Virus record (IMG/VR): IMGVR_UViG_2869891414_000007
Span: 17,253 to 81,252 of that record
Origin: a virus
Taxonomy: Duplodnaviria; Caudoviricetes
DNA: 64,000 bases
Reading direction: 5' to 3' (one strand)
Shown: positions 48,807 through 58,683 of the stretch, one piece after another
Layout: each line of letters begins with the position of its first letter
Position numbering within the stretch: position 1 is the first letter of the stretch
Translations under genes and position numbers: made by a program
The notes under the pieces: generated by a model
The model's database searches: none
What the model saw: the letters and a program-made list of their open reading frames with translations, nothing else
Told to the model about the DNA's origin: nothing

Positions 48807-49400
48807 CTAAGCCGCGTAGCTCATTAATTGACTGGCGGCGTTCTCCGCCTCTGATGGATGGCTGAATGATTTACTGAGAATGAAAGTCCACAGAACATTT
48901 AGCACTGATTTGTATAAATCGTTGAATTCCAACTCGTCCATTTTCGCGAATGAAATAGAGCGAGGTTCGCGCAGCGTTGAGCCGTCCGGTAGTTCGTATA
49001 GGTCATAATGTCCCGACTCAACGGTTACCCAACGACGGAAAGCGTGGAATGATTTTGCAGTGGATAAATTCGCAGCCCGTTTACCGGCCACCAGCGCCAG
49101 ATAATCATCAGCTATCTCATGAAGTATGCCCTCATTCCCCACATAGGAAATAAGTTGGCTTACATAGCCGCGCAGGAATTTAAGTTCGAATGGTGATATC
49201 GCCCCACCCTTTGGCTCCCAATATTCAAAGCCTAGGTTGAGCAACGAGAAGAATTTACGGTGAAACGGTGCATTGCGCACACGTTTAAACTCGCCGGTGA
49301 CAATAGTCCCCAGCTTGGTATTTTTAACAAAATCCTCAGCATCCGGCGTGGCCGGTACTAAGATCCCACCTATTGATTTGGTAAAACTATACTGTGCCAT
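48807..49400 (-). CDS. DUF1367-like nin-region protein
   Basis: RNAPFHRKFF.LL.LGFEYWEP, PRSISFAKMD. Confidence 0.85.
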   Translation of the reverse strand: MAQYSFTKSIGGILVPATPDAEDFVKNTKLGTIVTGEFKRVRNAPFHRKFFSLLNLGFEYWEPKGGAISPFELKFLRGYVSQLISYVGNEGILHEIADDYLALVAGKRAANLSTAKSFHAFRRWVTVESGHYDLYELPDGSTLREPRSISFAKMDELEFNDLYKSVLNVLWTFILSKSFSHPSEAENAASQLMSYAA

Positions 49401-49507
49401 TTCCGCCCCCGGATGTATGGCACAGCAGCACGATATTTAGGTTATCGGGTGTTCAATCCGAATATTAATATTATATCAGAAAAAAATGCCACGACAATAA
49501 ATCATTA

Positions 49508-50236
49508 TTAAATAACTCTAAATGCATAATCACGCTTTATCTTTTCATATTCGTTTTTGCAGCTGAACCAAAGTTCAAAAATATCAAAAATAAAATTAAG
49601 AAATTCTTTTTCAAGAGAAAATAAACTATCTATATTCATATCTTCTTCGATGGGAAGTCCGAAAGACTGACCAAGTAACACGAATTTCCCTCTATATTCC
49701 GTATGTTCTGGATCAATATATACCCCTTGAACATCCTTCGAATTTTTAGACTTAATGAATTTCAAGAAATCTGTCACCAAAGACTTACCTTTATCATTAA
49801 TACCTAGGTTCGTTTTGGACTCATCAAAAATTGAACGGTATAATCTTTTTTTATTTACATCGGAAAACCATTCATCTTTACTGGCGGGACATTCTTTTAA
49901 ATATGCATAAAAGTCCCTTTCATTATTTATTCTATTAGTAATGTGTGAGTTGACAACGGAGAGACTGTAGTTTTTACAGACCACGCAGAAAGCAAAAACA
50001 GGAACTAAAACAAGAGAGTACTTCATTAAATTTATTGGTAAAGAGAATATTTCTCCTGCTGTCTCAAAACACTTAGGTTCAAAACAAAACTCAATCAATC
50101 TATTATTGTAAATGTTAACCGCTGAGGTAATTGATAAAACTAACAGCACAACCAGTGCAAGCAATGAGATAATGGTAATGAGAGTCACGCCGCCATCAAT
50201 AAATAAGAGATAGCACTCTTTTTTTTTCTGCTTCAT
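49508..50236 (-). CDS. retron Ec48-family two-TM effector
   Basis: Two TM helices flanking FCFEPKCF; N..DFY.YL; ATGA overlap with the RT stop. Confidence 0.85.
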   Translation of the reverse strand: MKQKKKECYLLFIDGGVTLITIISLLALVVLLVLSITSAVNIYNNRLIEFCFEPKCFETAGEIFSLPINLMKYSLVLVPVFAFCVVCKNYSLSVVNSHITNRINNERDFYAYLKECPASKDEWFSDVNKKRLYRSIFDESKTNLGINDKGKSLVTDFLKFIKSKNSKDVQGVYIDPEHTEYRGKFVLLGQSFGLPIEEDMNIDSLFSLEKEFLNFIFDIFELWFSCKNEYEKIKRDYAFRVI

Positions 50237-51480
50237 CTGTTCGGCCTTACTGAAATCAATCTAGCTCTAAATTGCTTAGCTTCTTCTTTATATATTCGTC
50301 TTAAGACGCTTAATCTAAAGTGAGCTTGGTAGTATCTGCGTTTGTAATTGTCAGTTGCAGGTTTACCTGTATAATCCCTTTGAATATTGGAGATGACTCT
50401 ATTAAGACGCTTAATTTCATCATGATCAGGTAGTGGCTCGCAATGCTTATTTAAAACCTTCCTCAAATCATTATATTTTACGTAACCAACTCTCTTTAAT
50501 TTAGTTATCTTACCTTTAACAGAATAATATGCTTTATGATAAGATTGCCTCATTCTCACATCACTCCTGTTATACCCCACCCTAGCAATTTGATATACTT
50601 CATCAGTTATTTTCATACACTCACTTTTTGTAAATCGAGGCTTATCCTCATCAATACATACTCCATGTACTTTATAACCTTTTGCTGCTACGGTTGATTG
50701 GATACTAGACTTCCCCTCATTTATCGTTAGTCCCTTTTGGGTAATCATCGCCTTAACACGATCATCGGCAAACCTGAAATTATTTTTATCTAATTTGCTA
50801 ATCGTTATATCGTCTATTAATCGCGTATATCTGAAGCCAAGGGACTCTAGATATTTTACAAGTTGTGGTTCTATATTATAAAAGTAAAGATTGGATAAAA
50901 AGGTGCTTGTTGGTGCTCCCTGGGGAACTGTACCATTGACAGTAGTTAACTCTGTCAAAACATCAGATACTTCATCCGAGAAGTTAAAAAAGACTTTATA
51001 TATATCACGTACACTATATGTATTTATACTCGGAAAAAAATTCGATATATCAACTTTTATTAGAATTTTTGCTTTGCAATGAACTTCGGCACAGCGAATA
51101 TAATCTCTTGGATTTTCCTTGTCTGAAATAGAGCCAAAGAGATAATGAGGAAACAAAACTTTATTAAATATTTTATTATTTACCTTTCTCAAAATAAACT
51201 TTATTTTTCTGTTAGGTGCATGAAGTAATCTTTTACCGCCACTTTTTTTATTTATCTCTTTTTCCGTATAAAAACTGGCTACACCTCGGGTAAGTATGTA
51301 ACTTAGATCCTCTTTTGTGATAGATAAAAGGCGAAGAAGACTATCTACATTCTGAATAGGTGTAAAATTACTTGGTAAGGTAGGAGTGTATGATTTCACG
51401 AGTGTATAAGTCTCATCATTGATTAGAGAAAAACTAGCGTCCTTTCGGCCAGACCGGGCAGTCGCATCCCAGGGGTACAA
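50233..51480 (-). CDS. retron Ec48-like (type IV) reverse transcriptase; true start may be GTG at 51399
   Basis: FPHYLFGS, RDYIRCAEVHC.AK..IKVDISNFF, YTRLIDDITIS, KVHG all parallel the Ec48 RT (LVDD-type). Confidence 0.92.
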   Translation of the reverse strand: MYPWDATARSGRKDASFSLINDETYTLVKSYTPTLPSNFTPIQNVDSLLRLLSITKEDLSYILTRGVASFYTEKEINKKSGGKRLLHAPNRKIKFILRKVNNKIFNKVLFPHYLFGSISDKENPRDYIRCAEVHCKAKILIKVDISNFFPSINTYSVRDIYKVFFNFSDEVSDVLTELTTVNGTVPQGAPTSTFLSNLYFYNIEPQLVKYLESLGFRYTRLIDDITISKLDKNNFRFADDRVKAMITQKGLTINEGKSSIQSTVAAKGYKVHGVCIDEDKPRFTKSECMKITDEVYQIARVGYNRSDVRMRQSYHKAYYSVKGKITKLKRVGYVKYNDLRKVLNKHCEPLPDHDEIKRLNRVISNIQRDYTGKPATDNYKRRYYQAHFRLSVLRRIYKEEAKQFRARLISVRPNR

Positions 51481-51670
51481 AACAGAAGTATAAAATCCCC
51501 CCGATCTTCACTAGCTTTTTCTAACTGTGTACTGTGCCTTTGTGCTCGGTATTGATGCCGGACGCCAGAGTGCACGCAGAAAGACCTTTACAGGTCGTCC
51601 TCATTGATTGCAGGACATTCTTTCTGTTGTAAGTATTCCCTTTTTTGCGAGCGGGTTATTCGTCCCGCAT
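51420..51670 (-). ncRNA. candidate msr-msd of the Ec48-like retron (boundaries uncertain)
   Basis: Hairpins gacct/aggtc (51583-51596), gtcct/aggac (51597-51616), gcggg/cccgc (51651-51668); imperfect inverted repeat 51423-51437/51511-51524. Confidence 0.55.
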
Positions 51671-51843
51671 GAAGAAAAATATCAGAAATCTAATAATATT
51701 CAAGATATTTACTAAACCTCATTAATATTTTTAATCAAACTCACATTTTCTATCCATAACAAATCAACTCAGCCTATCCTCTGTAACAGCTGCTTAGCCG
51801 CCATCCCAAACGTTAGCACCCATAATGCCATCGGTTGATATAT

Positions 51844-52095
51844 TCATTTGGTCTCGCCTCTGTGGTCTCTACGGTCACGCCAGTAATTTAAGCGCTGTTT
51901 AAAAAACTCTCGGTAATGCACCGGTACCCGTTCAATCGCTTCCAGTACCTGAGCGCGGTTGGTCCTGCGCTCGTACAGGTTTTTGATTAAGCCGCTGGCT
52001 CTCAAATCAAGATTTAGCTTTTCTTGGTATTCCTGAGGCCAGAGGCAAATGTTGTACGGGAGTCCGGGCGGGAGATAATCCGATTGCCCGGACAT
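51844..52095 (-). CDS. conserved phage hypothetical protein
   Basis: In operon after helicase; RBS gaggg; overlaps no longer ORF. Confidence 0.65.
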   Translation of the reverse strand: MSGQSDYLPPGLPYNICLWPQEYQEKLNLDLRASGLIKNLYERRTNRAQVLEAIERVPVHYREFFKQRLNYWRDRRDHRGETK

Positions 52096-52099
52096 GGTG

Positions 52100-52480
52100 T
52101 TAACTCCCCATGCCGACAGTGCTCATCAGTTGATTTATTCGGGATACTCGCAAGCAGTACGCCAGCTCCTTTTCATCAAATGGCATGCGGGCGGGCTTGG
52201 CTCGGGGTTCGCTTTTACTGCGTTTGACTTGCGTGTCAGAGAATCGGAAAAAATCCTCTGAGATACTGTTGAGGGTGTATTGGGTCTTGCGACCATTACG
52301 GCGGGTAATATCTGCATGGGGTGAGCGCACCATGCCTTGTACGCGGTAACGCAGCACGCTAATAGGCATTTCAGCGTGAGGGAGTTTTAAGGCCATAGCC
52401 TCGATTATCTGTCCATAGTTCATGCTTTGGCCCAGCATAATCTCTGCCAGTTCGCGGGTCGTTAGTTCACGTTTTTTCAT
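52100..52480 (-). CDS. hypothetical protein, possible winged-HTH
   Basis: RBS gaggc; operon position after DnaB. Confidence 0.65.
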   Translation of the reverse strand: MKKRELTTRELAEIMLGQSMNYGQIIEAMALKLPHAEMPISVLRYRVQGMVRSPHADITRRNGRKTQYTLNSISEDFFRFSDTQVKRSKSEPRAKPARMPFDEKELAYCLRVSRINQLMSTVGMGS

Positions 52481-52523
52481 GGTCTTGCCTCTTTGGGTTA
52501 GTTCAAGCGCTGGTCAGGCGCGG

Positions 52524-53897
52524 TTAAAATTTTGGTGTTGAATAGTGTTTTTCTTTGGCCGGTGGCCTTGATGCCTCTTTCGCCATTCGGCTAGCCTCCT
52601 TTGCCACCAGTTGATCCACCGGTAGAAAGTGGCCGTTTTTAAATTCCTGATAAACGGTACCGGACTCGCCAAATCTGTTTTTAGTTACAATGGCCTCGGC
52701 AAATCTTGCGGCCGGACTATCCGGGTTATAAACCGCCTCGCGATACAGCATGATGATGCTATCGGCGTCCTGCTCGATTGAACCTGAGTCCCGCAGATCG
52801 GAACTGATTGGCCTGCGGCTACCCGGTGGCCGTTCATCCACTTTGCGCGATAACTGGCTAAGGGCAAAAATCGGGGTGTTTATCCGACCGGCCAGCGTTT
52901 TTAATCCGCGTGAAATGATGCCGATCGACAGGTCATTACGCTCCGCCTTGGGTTTGGTAATCAGGCCAAGATAATCAACCATCACCATTCTCAATTTTGG
53001 GAATCGGCGCTTGTGTGTTTCTGCGATAGCCCGTATCTGATCGATGGTCAGTTCGCTAGCATCAACGATCCAAATATCACGGCCATTTAATGCTTGAAGT
53101 GCGGAGTTAATACGCGCCCAATCCTCATCACATAGAGTGCTGGGGTCACGCAACTTAGATACAGGCAAATTACCGGCTCCAGCAACGGAACGCTCCACCA
53201 TCTGCAGGGAGGCCATTTCCATACTGAATATCAATGCACCGCCATCGTTCTGTGTAGCCCCCTCGACAATCTTTAATGCAAACTCGGTCTTACCCATACC
53301 CGGACGCCCGGCGATAACCACCAGGTCCTGCGGGTTGAAGCCGCCGGTTATGGCATCCAGCTCGACAATGCCGCTTTGCAGGTTCATCGACTCAATCTCG
53401 CCATTCATGCGCTTATCCAGCATGTCCATGTAGCCGGGCAACAAATCATTTAGATGCACAGGGATGATGCCGCCGCTATCTGCCGTCATATCGATCAGTT
53501 GTGTTACCGCGCCCTGTATCACCTGATCGCGCTGCTCCTGATTGTTCGCCCCCCGGATACCATCCGCCGCAGTCTGAAATAATGCGGTCATAGTGCGGCT
53601 ATACCAGGTCTTACGGGCATGTGCGGCATAGCCTTTCAGGTTCGCCACGTTGCCCGGCATACGGACGATTTCAGATAGCGTGGCCAGGCTACTACCGCCC
53701 AACGCCTCACTGACAAACAGGACATCAATTAACCCCTTAGTCAGTGCCTGCTTTTTAATTTCCGCATAGGCCGCACGATAAATCCTGATGCTGAACGCCT
53801 CTTCCGGCAGGGTGGCAATCACCTCCAGCGCATCGGGGGTCGAGCCGCCATAGAGCAGACCGGAGAGGATCGCCGCCTCCAATTCCTGCGGCTTCAT
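52524..53897 (-). CDS. dnaB: replicative DNA helicase (DnaB-like)
   Basis: IAGRPGMGKT, FSMEM, VDYLGL, ALSQLSR, DLRDSGSIEQDAD. Confidence 0.95.
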   Translation of the reverse strand: MKPQELEAAILSGLLYGGSTPDALEVIATLPEEAFSIRIYRAAYAEIKKQALTKGLIDVLFVSEALGGSSLATLSEIVRMPGNVANLKGYAAHARKTWYSRTMTALFQTAADGIRGANNQEQRDQVIQGAVTQLIDMTADSGGIIPVHLNDLLPGYMDMLDKRMNGEIESMNLQSGIVELDAITGGFNPQDLVVIAGRPGMGKTEFALKIVEGATQNDGGALIFSMEMASLQMVERSVAGAGNLPVSKLRDPSTLCDEDWARINSALQALNGRDIWIVDASELTIDQIRAIAETHKRRFPKLRMVMVDYLGLITKPKAERNDLSIGIISRGLKTLAGRINTPIFALSQLSRKVDERPPGSRRPISSDLRDSGSIEQDADSIIMLYREAVYNPDSPAARFAEAIVTKNRFGESGTVYQEFKNGHFLPVDQLVAKEASRMAKEASRPPAKEKHYSTPKF

Positions 53898-54868
53898 AGC
53901 GCACCATCACGGGTTTTTCTCAGCACGTCCGGCTTCATTAAATAATCAAAATTGGCGCGCCAGTGCGTACCATCATCACCACCGAAATAAAATGCGGATG
54001 CCTGTTCGCGAAAGGCCTCGAAATAGCTCTGGAACGCGTCGAGGTCTTGGGTTTTGAGGTATTGGAGTAATTCGCGGATAGCGTGCTTACGGTCCTGATC
54101 AATTTCAGCCGGTGGTAACACCTCACCGAACACCCGATTGAACGCCGCAATGACCGCATCGCAATCAATCCGCCCTACCGATTCAGACCATGCACGGGCA
54201 TCGGCCAGATAACCATCGAACCGGTTAACGCGGCAGATATTCGCAGGTTTGGCATACTTGCCGTTACGGGGTTTCCAGGTGCTGACCACCCAATGGGTCA
54301 CCAATTGCAAATCAGCCAGCGCGTAGGCTTTGCGTGATTTAGTTGCCGTTAGCAGGGTTTCGAAGGGGCCGGGATCTTCACAGCGGGTATGGGTGAGTTG
54401 GTTGTAATACGCCAACGCCCTTTCAGCGTCAGCGAGAATATTTTCGGTTTCCCCTTGAGGGGTAAGGGGTGTAGTTGGATCTATGACTGGTTCAAAAGAG
54501 TGACTGGTTCTGGGTGCAGCATTTGCACCACTAACTGGTGCACCATTTACACCAGAGGGTGCAGGAGATTCACCATAGGGTGCAGCATTTGCACCAGCGG
54601 AATTTAAGCGCAGGTGATAAACATTTGAGCGATTCAGACCATTATCCGATTTGCGCTCTTCAATCCTCACCAGCCCACTTTTTACCAGTTCTTGAATATG
54701 ATTCTGTACCGAGCGTTCGGATATTTCACACTGATCGGCAATGTAGGGAACCGATGGCCAGCACTCGCCCTGATCGTTCGCATTATCCGCTAATTTTATC
54801 AGCACTAACTTTCGTAACGGGTTGCCGACTTTGATATTCATGGCCCTCGCCATTAGATTCATACTCAT
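53894..54868 (-). CDS. replication initiator (O-like, N-terminal HTH)
   Basis: LIKLADNAND.GECWPS...IA..CE.S.RSV; internal iterons; WRANFDY. Confidence 0.9.
   Translation of the reverse strand: MSMNLMARAMNIKVGNPLRKLVLIKLADNANDQGECWPSVPYIADQCEISERSVQNHIQELVKSGLVRIEERKSDNGLNRSNVYHLRLNSAGANAAPYGESPAPSGVNGAPVSGANAAPRTSHSFEPVIDPTTPLTPQGETENILADAERALAYYNQLTHTRCEDPGPFETLLTATKSRKAYALADLQLVTHWVVSTWKPRNGKYAKPANICRVNRFDGYLADARAWSESVGRIDCDAVIAAFNRVFGEVLPPAEIDQDRKHAIRELLQYLKTQDLDAFQSYFEAFREQASAFYFGGDDGTHWRANFDYLMKPDVLRKTRDGAL
54513..54595. repeat. replication origin iterons
   Basis: Four 17-bp GGTGCA-N5-TNCACC quasi-palindromes at 54513, 54537, 54558 and 54579 inside the initiator gene. Confidence 0.85.
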
Positions 54869-54870
54869 AG

Positions 54871-55095
54871 TCAGATCCCCAGCGCTGCGGCTATTTGCCG
54901 ACAGGCAGACTGATAATCATCAGCTGATAAGTTCATCCCGCGCAGGTCTGCTTTCCTCTGCTCATACTGCTCCCACACGCTATATGCAGCTACCTGACGC
55001 CCTGCAAAAATTGGTTCGATGTCAGCCATGCTTGCCGGTTGGCCGTTAAGCCGGAACCCGTTGCACCAGGTGATTTTGTCGATAGATGTCAGCAT
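54871..55095 (-). CDS. small phage hypothetical protein
   Basis: RBS gaggc; between cII and O. Confidence 0.65.
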   Translation of the reverse strand: MLTSIDKITWCNGFRLNGQPASMADIEPIFAGRQVAAYSVWEQYEQRKADLRGMNLSADDYQSACRQIAAALGI

Positions 55096-55111
55096 TGGTC
55101 TTGCCTCTGTT

Positions 55112-55576
55112 TTATACGGTGGTCAGCCGGTGGTGTTGTGGTCTGATTGCGTGAAGTGCCGCAACAGCGCCCGATATTCTTTGTGACATGTCACAGCCAT
55201 CTAATAGAACCGCGCTAATTGCTGCGGCAAACTCTCTGCTGGCAATCGAAACCAAATAATTCACGGTCTCGCCATTCACCCTGGCCCGCCGTTCTGCCGG
55301 GAGCGCCGCTTTAAGTACCGGTGATAATTCCAGAACCTTGCGCATTGATGCTTTTGAATCCCCGCGCAGCCAACGAAATAACTGCTGCCGGTTGTTGTTG
55401 ATAGACTTCCAATCAGCATTGCCCTCCCCGTCTTCAATGGGAGTGAGGCGAACCGAACCGGTGCTGATATTGAGCAAGAAAAACATTCTGCTGATCTCGA
55501 TAGCTACATGTTCCTGCCCCCGCTCTGCTGCCCACGCCTGAACTTCGGCTTTAAGGGCTTTGATTTCTTGTTCCAC
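55112..55576 (-). CDS. CII-like regulator (YdaT family)
   Basis: EVQAWAAERGQEHVA, RQQLFRWL, LKAALP; position after cro; RBS aggag. Confidence 0.8.
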   Translation of the reverse strand: MEQEIKALKAEVQAWAAERGQEHVAIEISRMFFLLNISTGSVRLTPIEDGEGNADWKSINNNRQQLFRWLRGDSKASMRKVLELSPVLKAALPAERRARVNGETVNYLVSIASREFAAAISAVLLDGCDMSQRISGAVAALHAIRPQHHRLTTV

Positions 55577-55599
55577 GTTGCGTCTCCTGTCGCCGGAAA

Positions 55600-55617
55600 T
55601 TGATTATTGATAATCAG
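55600..55617 (+). promoter_or_regulatory. CII/YdaT-type box, PRE-like position
   Basis: TTGATT-N6-AATCAG just upstream of the cII-like gene. Confidence 0.65.
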
Positions 55618-55636
55618 ATTTGTGTGTGGGGTTTGG

Positions 55637-55822
55637 TTAAGCTGCACTTTGATACATAGCGGGGTCATATTTCAGTTCGCCATGAGTAATACGTTCAATC
55701 TTCATTGCCTGTTTCTCAGGGATAATTTCCCCCCAACGACAAACCGCGGGGTGCTTTATGCCTAAGGCCATGGCGGTATTCACGACACCACCAAAAAACT
55801 TGACGACATCTTTCTTGTTCAT
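55637..55822 (-). CDS. cro: Cro-like repressor (YdaS/DicC-like)
   Basis: VVKFFGG..NTA.ALGI...AV..WGE.IPE. Confidence 0.9.
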   Translation of the reverse strand: MNKKDVVKFFGGVVNTAMALGIKHPAVCRWGEIIPEKQAMKIERITHGELKYDPAMYQSAA

Positions 55823-55849
55823 AAGAACTCCTTGTTGAACTCAGGATGA

Positions 55850-55914
55850 AAGGTAACAAAAGGTACATAACAATGCAAACACTTTTCACCTCACTATGGC
55901 GTAACATTGGTTAC
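55850..55914. promoter_or_regulatory. PR promoter and OR operators
   Basis: Minus-strand TTGCAT-17-TACCTT (55878-55850); operators GTAAC-N4-G(G/T)TAC at 55853-55866 and 55901-55914. Confidence 0.65.
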
Positions 55915-56577
55915 ATGAAAACTGAAATGAATGACCGCATCCGTCTTCGCAGACTGCAGCTAGATCTCACGCAAGTCCAATTAGCCAAAGCTATTGGGGT
56001 GAGCCGTGTATCAGTGACAAAATGGGAGTCAGGGATAACCAAACCAGATGGGGAAAATCTTCACCGCCTGGCGCAAATGCTTGCCTGCACGCCGGAGTGG
56101 TTGCTCTACGGTACCGGGGATTTACGCCAGATTGACGATACTAAAATTAAGCCCCTCACCGCCGCGCCTAATGCCATACCGGTTATCTCATCAGTTCAAG
56201 CCGGTGCTTGGACAGAGACCTATTCGGCCGCCCGTATTTCTGATGTTCTTAGATGGTGTAACACCACAGTGAAGGTTTCTGAAAACGCATTTGGTTTAGA
56301 TGTTCGGGGTGAGTCAATGACCAACCCCAATGGTTCACCCTCTATCCCCGAGGGTTCTACCGTTATCGTGGAGCCTAATTATGGTTCTATTGATGATTTA
56401 TACGGCAAAATAGTGGTCGCCATCATTGATGGTAGCTCCGAGGCCACCATTAAAAAGTTAGTTGTTGATGGCCCCAACAAATACCTCATGCCGTTAAATC
56501 CCAATTTCAAACCTATCGAAATCAACGGCAATTGTCGCATTCTAGGTAGAGTCGTGCAGGTCACCCAAGACCTGTAA
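55915..56577 (+). CDS. cI: CI-like repressor, XRE HTH plus S24 autopeptidase
   Basis: LTQVQLAKAIGVSRVSVTKWESG; VRGESM (Ser) and ATIKKL (Lys); start set at MKTEM. Confidence 0.95.
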   Translation: MKTEMNDRIRLRRLQLDLTQVQLAKAIGVSRVSVTKWESGITKPDGENLHRLAQMLACTPEWLLYGTGDLRQIDDTKIKPLTAAPNAIPVISSVQAGAWTETYSAARISDVLRWCNTTVKVSENAFGLDVRGESMTNPNGSPSIPEGSTVIVEPNYGSIDDLYGKIVVAIIDGSSEATIKKLVVDGPNKYLMPLNPNFKPIEINGNCRILGRVVQVTQDL

Positions 56578-56582
56578 TCAAT

Positions 56583-56608
56583 AGCCCATCCCCCCGGTGG
56601 GCTTTTTT
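56583..56608 (+). terminator. terminator after cI
   Basis: agccca/tgggct hairpin followed by T-run. Confidence 0.75.
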
Positions 56609-56620
56609 ACGCCCCTCAAT

Positions 56621-56672
56621 GTAACTATTGGAACGTTTCCTTATTGACACAAAAGGTAACTATAGGTACATT
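56621..56672 (+). promoter_or_regulatory. PL promoter and OL operators
   Basis: TTGACA(56644)-17-TACATT(56667); operators GTAAC-N4-GG(A/T)AC at 56621-56634 and 56656-56669. Confidence 0.72.
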
Positions 56673-56815
56673 CATCTCATCAACACGGCACAGCAGCCGA
56701 TGCGAACAGGCAGGACGCCCACGAAGTAGCTGCCGGTGGCATACGAAACACCGGATGATTCGCAATTTAGGTTTAGTACGTTCTGACAGCCCGGAAAGAC
56801 GGCACCAAATTACAG

Positions 56816-58679
56816 ATCGGGATAGGGGCTGATCTCACAACCAGCCTCCTCCCACACCACCGTACATACGGGTCCGTATACGGCGGTTCGGTTATGTTGA
56901 TCGTCGCCTTCCTATAACTCTGGCAGGCCCAGTCTGACGAACAGGTTATTGGGAAGTGCTATGTTCAGCGCCGGGCTACAGCTCACCCGCCACTGTTTAT
57001 GGCAACTTCCCACCGTCTGCGCCGAGAGGTCTTTGCTAACCCCGCGATTGTGCAGCTCTTTATAACGCTTGCCGCCCGTTTTCCACTGTTTCCAGAGGAC
57101 ACTCCGCAGCCTGCGCCTTATCCACCCGTTCAGCTCTCTTATCAGCGATGGCCACTCGTTCAGCCTGTAGTAGCTTTTCCAGCCCGTCATATATCGCTTT
57201 AACGGCTCGATTAGCTGCTCCAGGCTTCTGCCCGTGTTACGTCCCGTCAGTTCCCTTATCCGCGTTTTGAACCGCTTCACCGATCCCGGCGACACCACGC
57301 ACCACACTTTCCTGCCCCTTATGAAGCTGTAACCCAGGAACTTACGCGACTCCGGATGCGCCACTGCGCTCTTTTTCGCATTCACCTTCAGCTTCAGTTT
57401 ACGGCTCAGCCAGTGCGTCAGCCCCGCCATCACACGATTGCCTGCACGTTCGCTTTTCACATACACATTACAGTCGTCTGCATAACGGGCGAACTTCAGG
57501 CCGCGTTTCTCCAGTTCCTTATCGAAGTCATCCAGCAGCAGATTCGATAACAACGGCGACAGCGGGCCGCCCTGCGGCGTCCCTTCTGTCACCGGCCTTA
57601 CCAGACCGGCTTCCATCACGCCTGCATTCAGGAACCTGCGGATAAGTGACAGCACCCGTTTATCCGACACCCGTTTCGCTATCCGGCTCATCAGTACATC
57701 GTGGTTCACCCGGTCGAAGAACTTCTCCAGATCGAGATCGACCACCCAGTGATACCCGGACCCAATATATTCATGAGCCTGTTTCACAGCCTGATGGGCA
57801 GAGCGCCCGGGGCGGAACCCGTAGCTGCTGTCGCTGAACGACGCATCCCACTGCATCTGCAACACCTGCATCATCGCCTGCTGGATAAAACGATCCACCA
57901 CCGTCGGGATACCCAGCAGACGTTCGCCGCCGCAGGGTTTCGGGATGGTCACTCTTCTTACAGGGGATGGGCGATAGCTGCCGGACAGCAGTTGCGCTTT
58001 CAGTTCGGGCCAGTGGTGTTTCAGGTACTCCGGCAGTTCGCTTACGCTCATGCCGTCGGCTCCCGCCGCACCTTTATTGGCCTTCACTCTTTTCAGGGCT
58101 TGCCTGAGATTGACGGGTTCACAGATGGCTTCCATCAGCCACGCTGTTGACGACGGACTTTCTCTGGTCGTCGGTGCCTGCCCGGTTTCAGCCCCCCGGG
58201 AACCGGCGTCCGGGGCTTCACCCCTTCTTCGGGCTTCAGGGCCGCGATGCGTTTTCTGCTGCATGACCGTTCAGAACCTCCGCTGATACTCGTCACTCAT
58301 TACCGTTCGGGCCTTCAGACGTCACGTCCTACTATGCCCTCTGCTGACTCCTGTCCACCGGTCAGCGCACCTTACGATGCACTCAGTTCTGAATACAGAA
58401 CGCCGGACAGGCCTCCCGGGGTAAGCTCAGCCGCTTTCACCACACACCTGCCCAATCTACCACCCCGGCTCTTGATGGTTATGGCCTTCGCAATCACATG
58501 CTTGCTCCGCCAGTCGGGTAGGCCTTATATCGGGTTTCTGTCCGTCAGGTCATGGTTTTGCTCCACGCTTCCTTCAGACCCCGCCTCACGACGACGCCCT
58601 TGCGCTTCACTAGTCCTTCGCCACCATCAGGCTGGACAGGGGACTTTCACCCCCGAGCTGCTGAGCATGCCCGGCACAC
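56816..58679 (-). mobile_element. group II intron, bacterial class C (IIC), apparently full length (1864 bp)
   Basis: 5' GTGTG at 58679; domain V gaaccgccgtatacgg...gtacggtggtgtgggagg with CGC triad; domain VI ending CCCGAT; inserted 4 nt after a terminator U-tract. Confidence 0.93.
56912..58264 (-). CDS. ltrA: group II intron reverse transcriptase/maturase, no endonuclease domain
   Basis: R.LGIPTVVDR, SYGFRPGRS, GTPQGGPLSPLL.N, RYADD, maturase WIRRRLR. Confidence 0.96.
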   Translation of the reverse strand: MQQKTHRGPEARRRGEAPDAGSRGAETGQAPTTRESPSSTAWLMEAICEPVNLRQALKRVKANKGAAGADGMSVSELPEYLKHHWPELKAQLLSGSYRPSPVRRVTIPKPCGGERLLGIPTVVDRFIQQAMMQVLQMQWDASFSDSSYGFRPGRSAHQAVKQAHEYIGSGYHWVVDLDLEKFFDRVNHDVLMSRIAKRVSDKRVLSLIRRFLNAGVMEAGLVRPVTEGTPQGGPLSPLLSNLLLDDFDKELEKRGLKFARYADDCNVYVKSERAGNRVMAGLTHWLSRKLKLKVNAKKSAVAHPESRKFLGYSFIRGRKVWCVVSPGSVKRFKTRIRELTGRNTGRSLEQLIEPLKRYMTGWKSYYRLNEWPSLIRELNGWIRRRLRSVLWKQWKTGGKRYKELHNRGVSKDLSAQTVGSCHKQWRVSCSPALNIALPNNLFVRLGLPEL

Positions 58680-58683
58680 ATGT

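Noticed and set aside
48905-48922. ctgatt-N6-aatcgt as a third CII box (paQ-like)
   Set aside because: Only a partial match, inside coding sequence, with no supporting promoter
54513-54595. Regularly spaced palindromic repeats as a mini-CRISPR
   Set aside because: Spacers are only 4-7 bp, the repeats lie within the initiator gene and no cas genes are present; these are ori iterons
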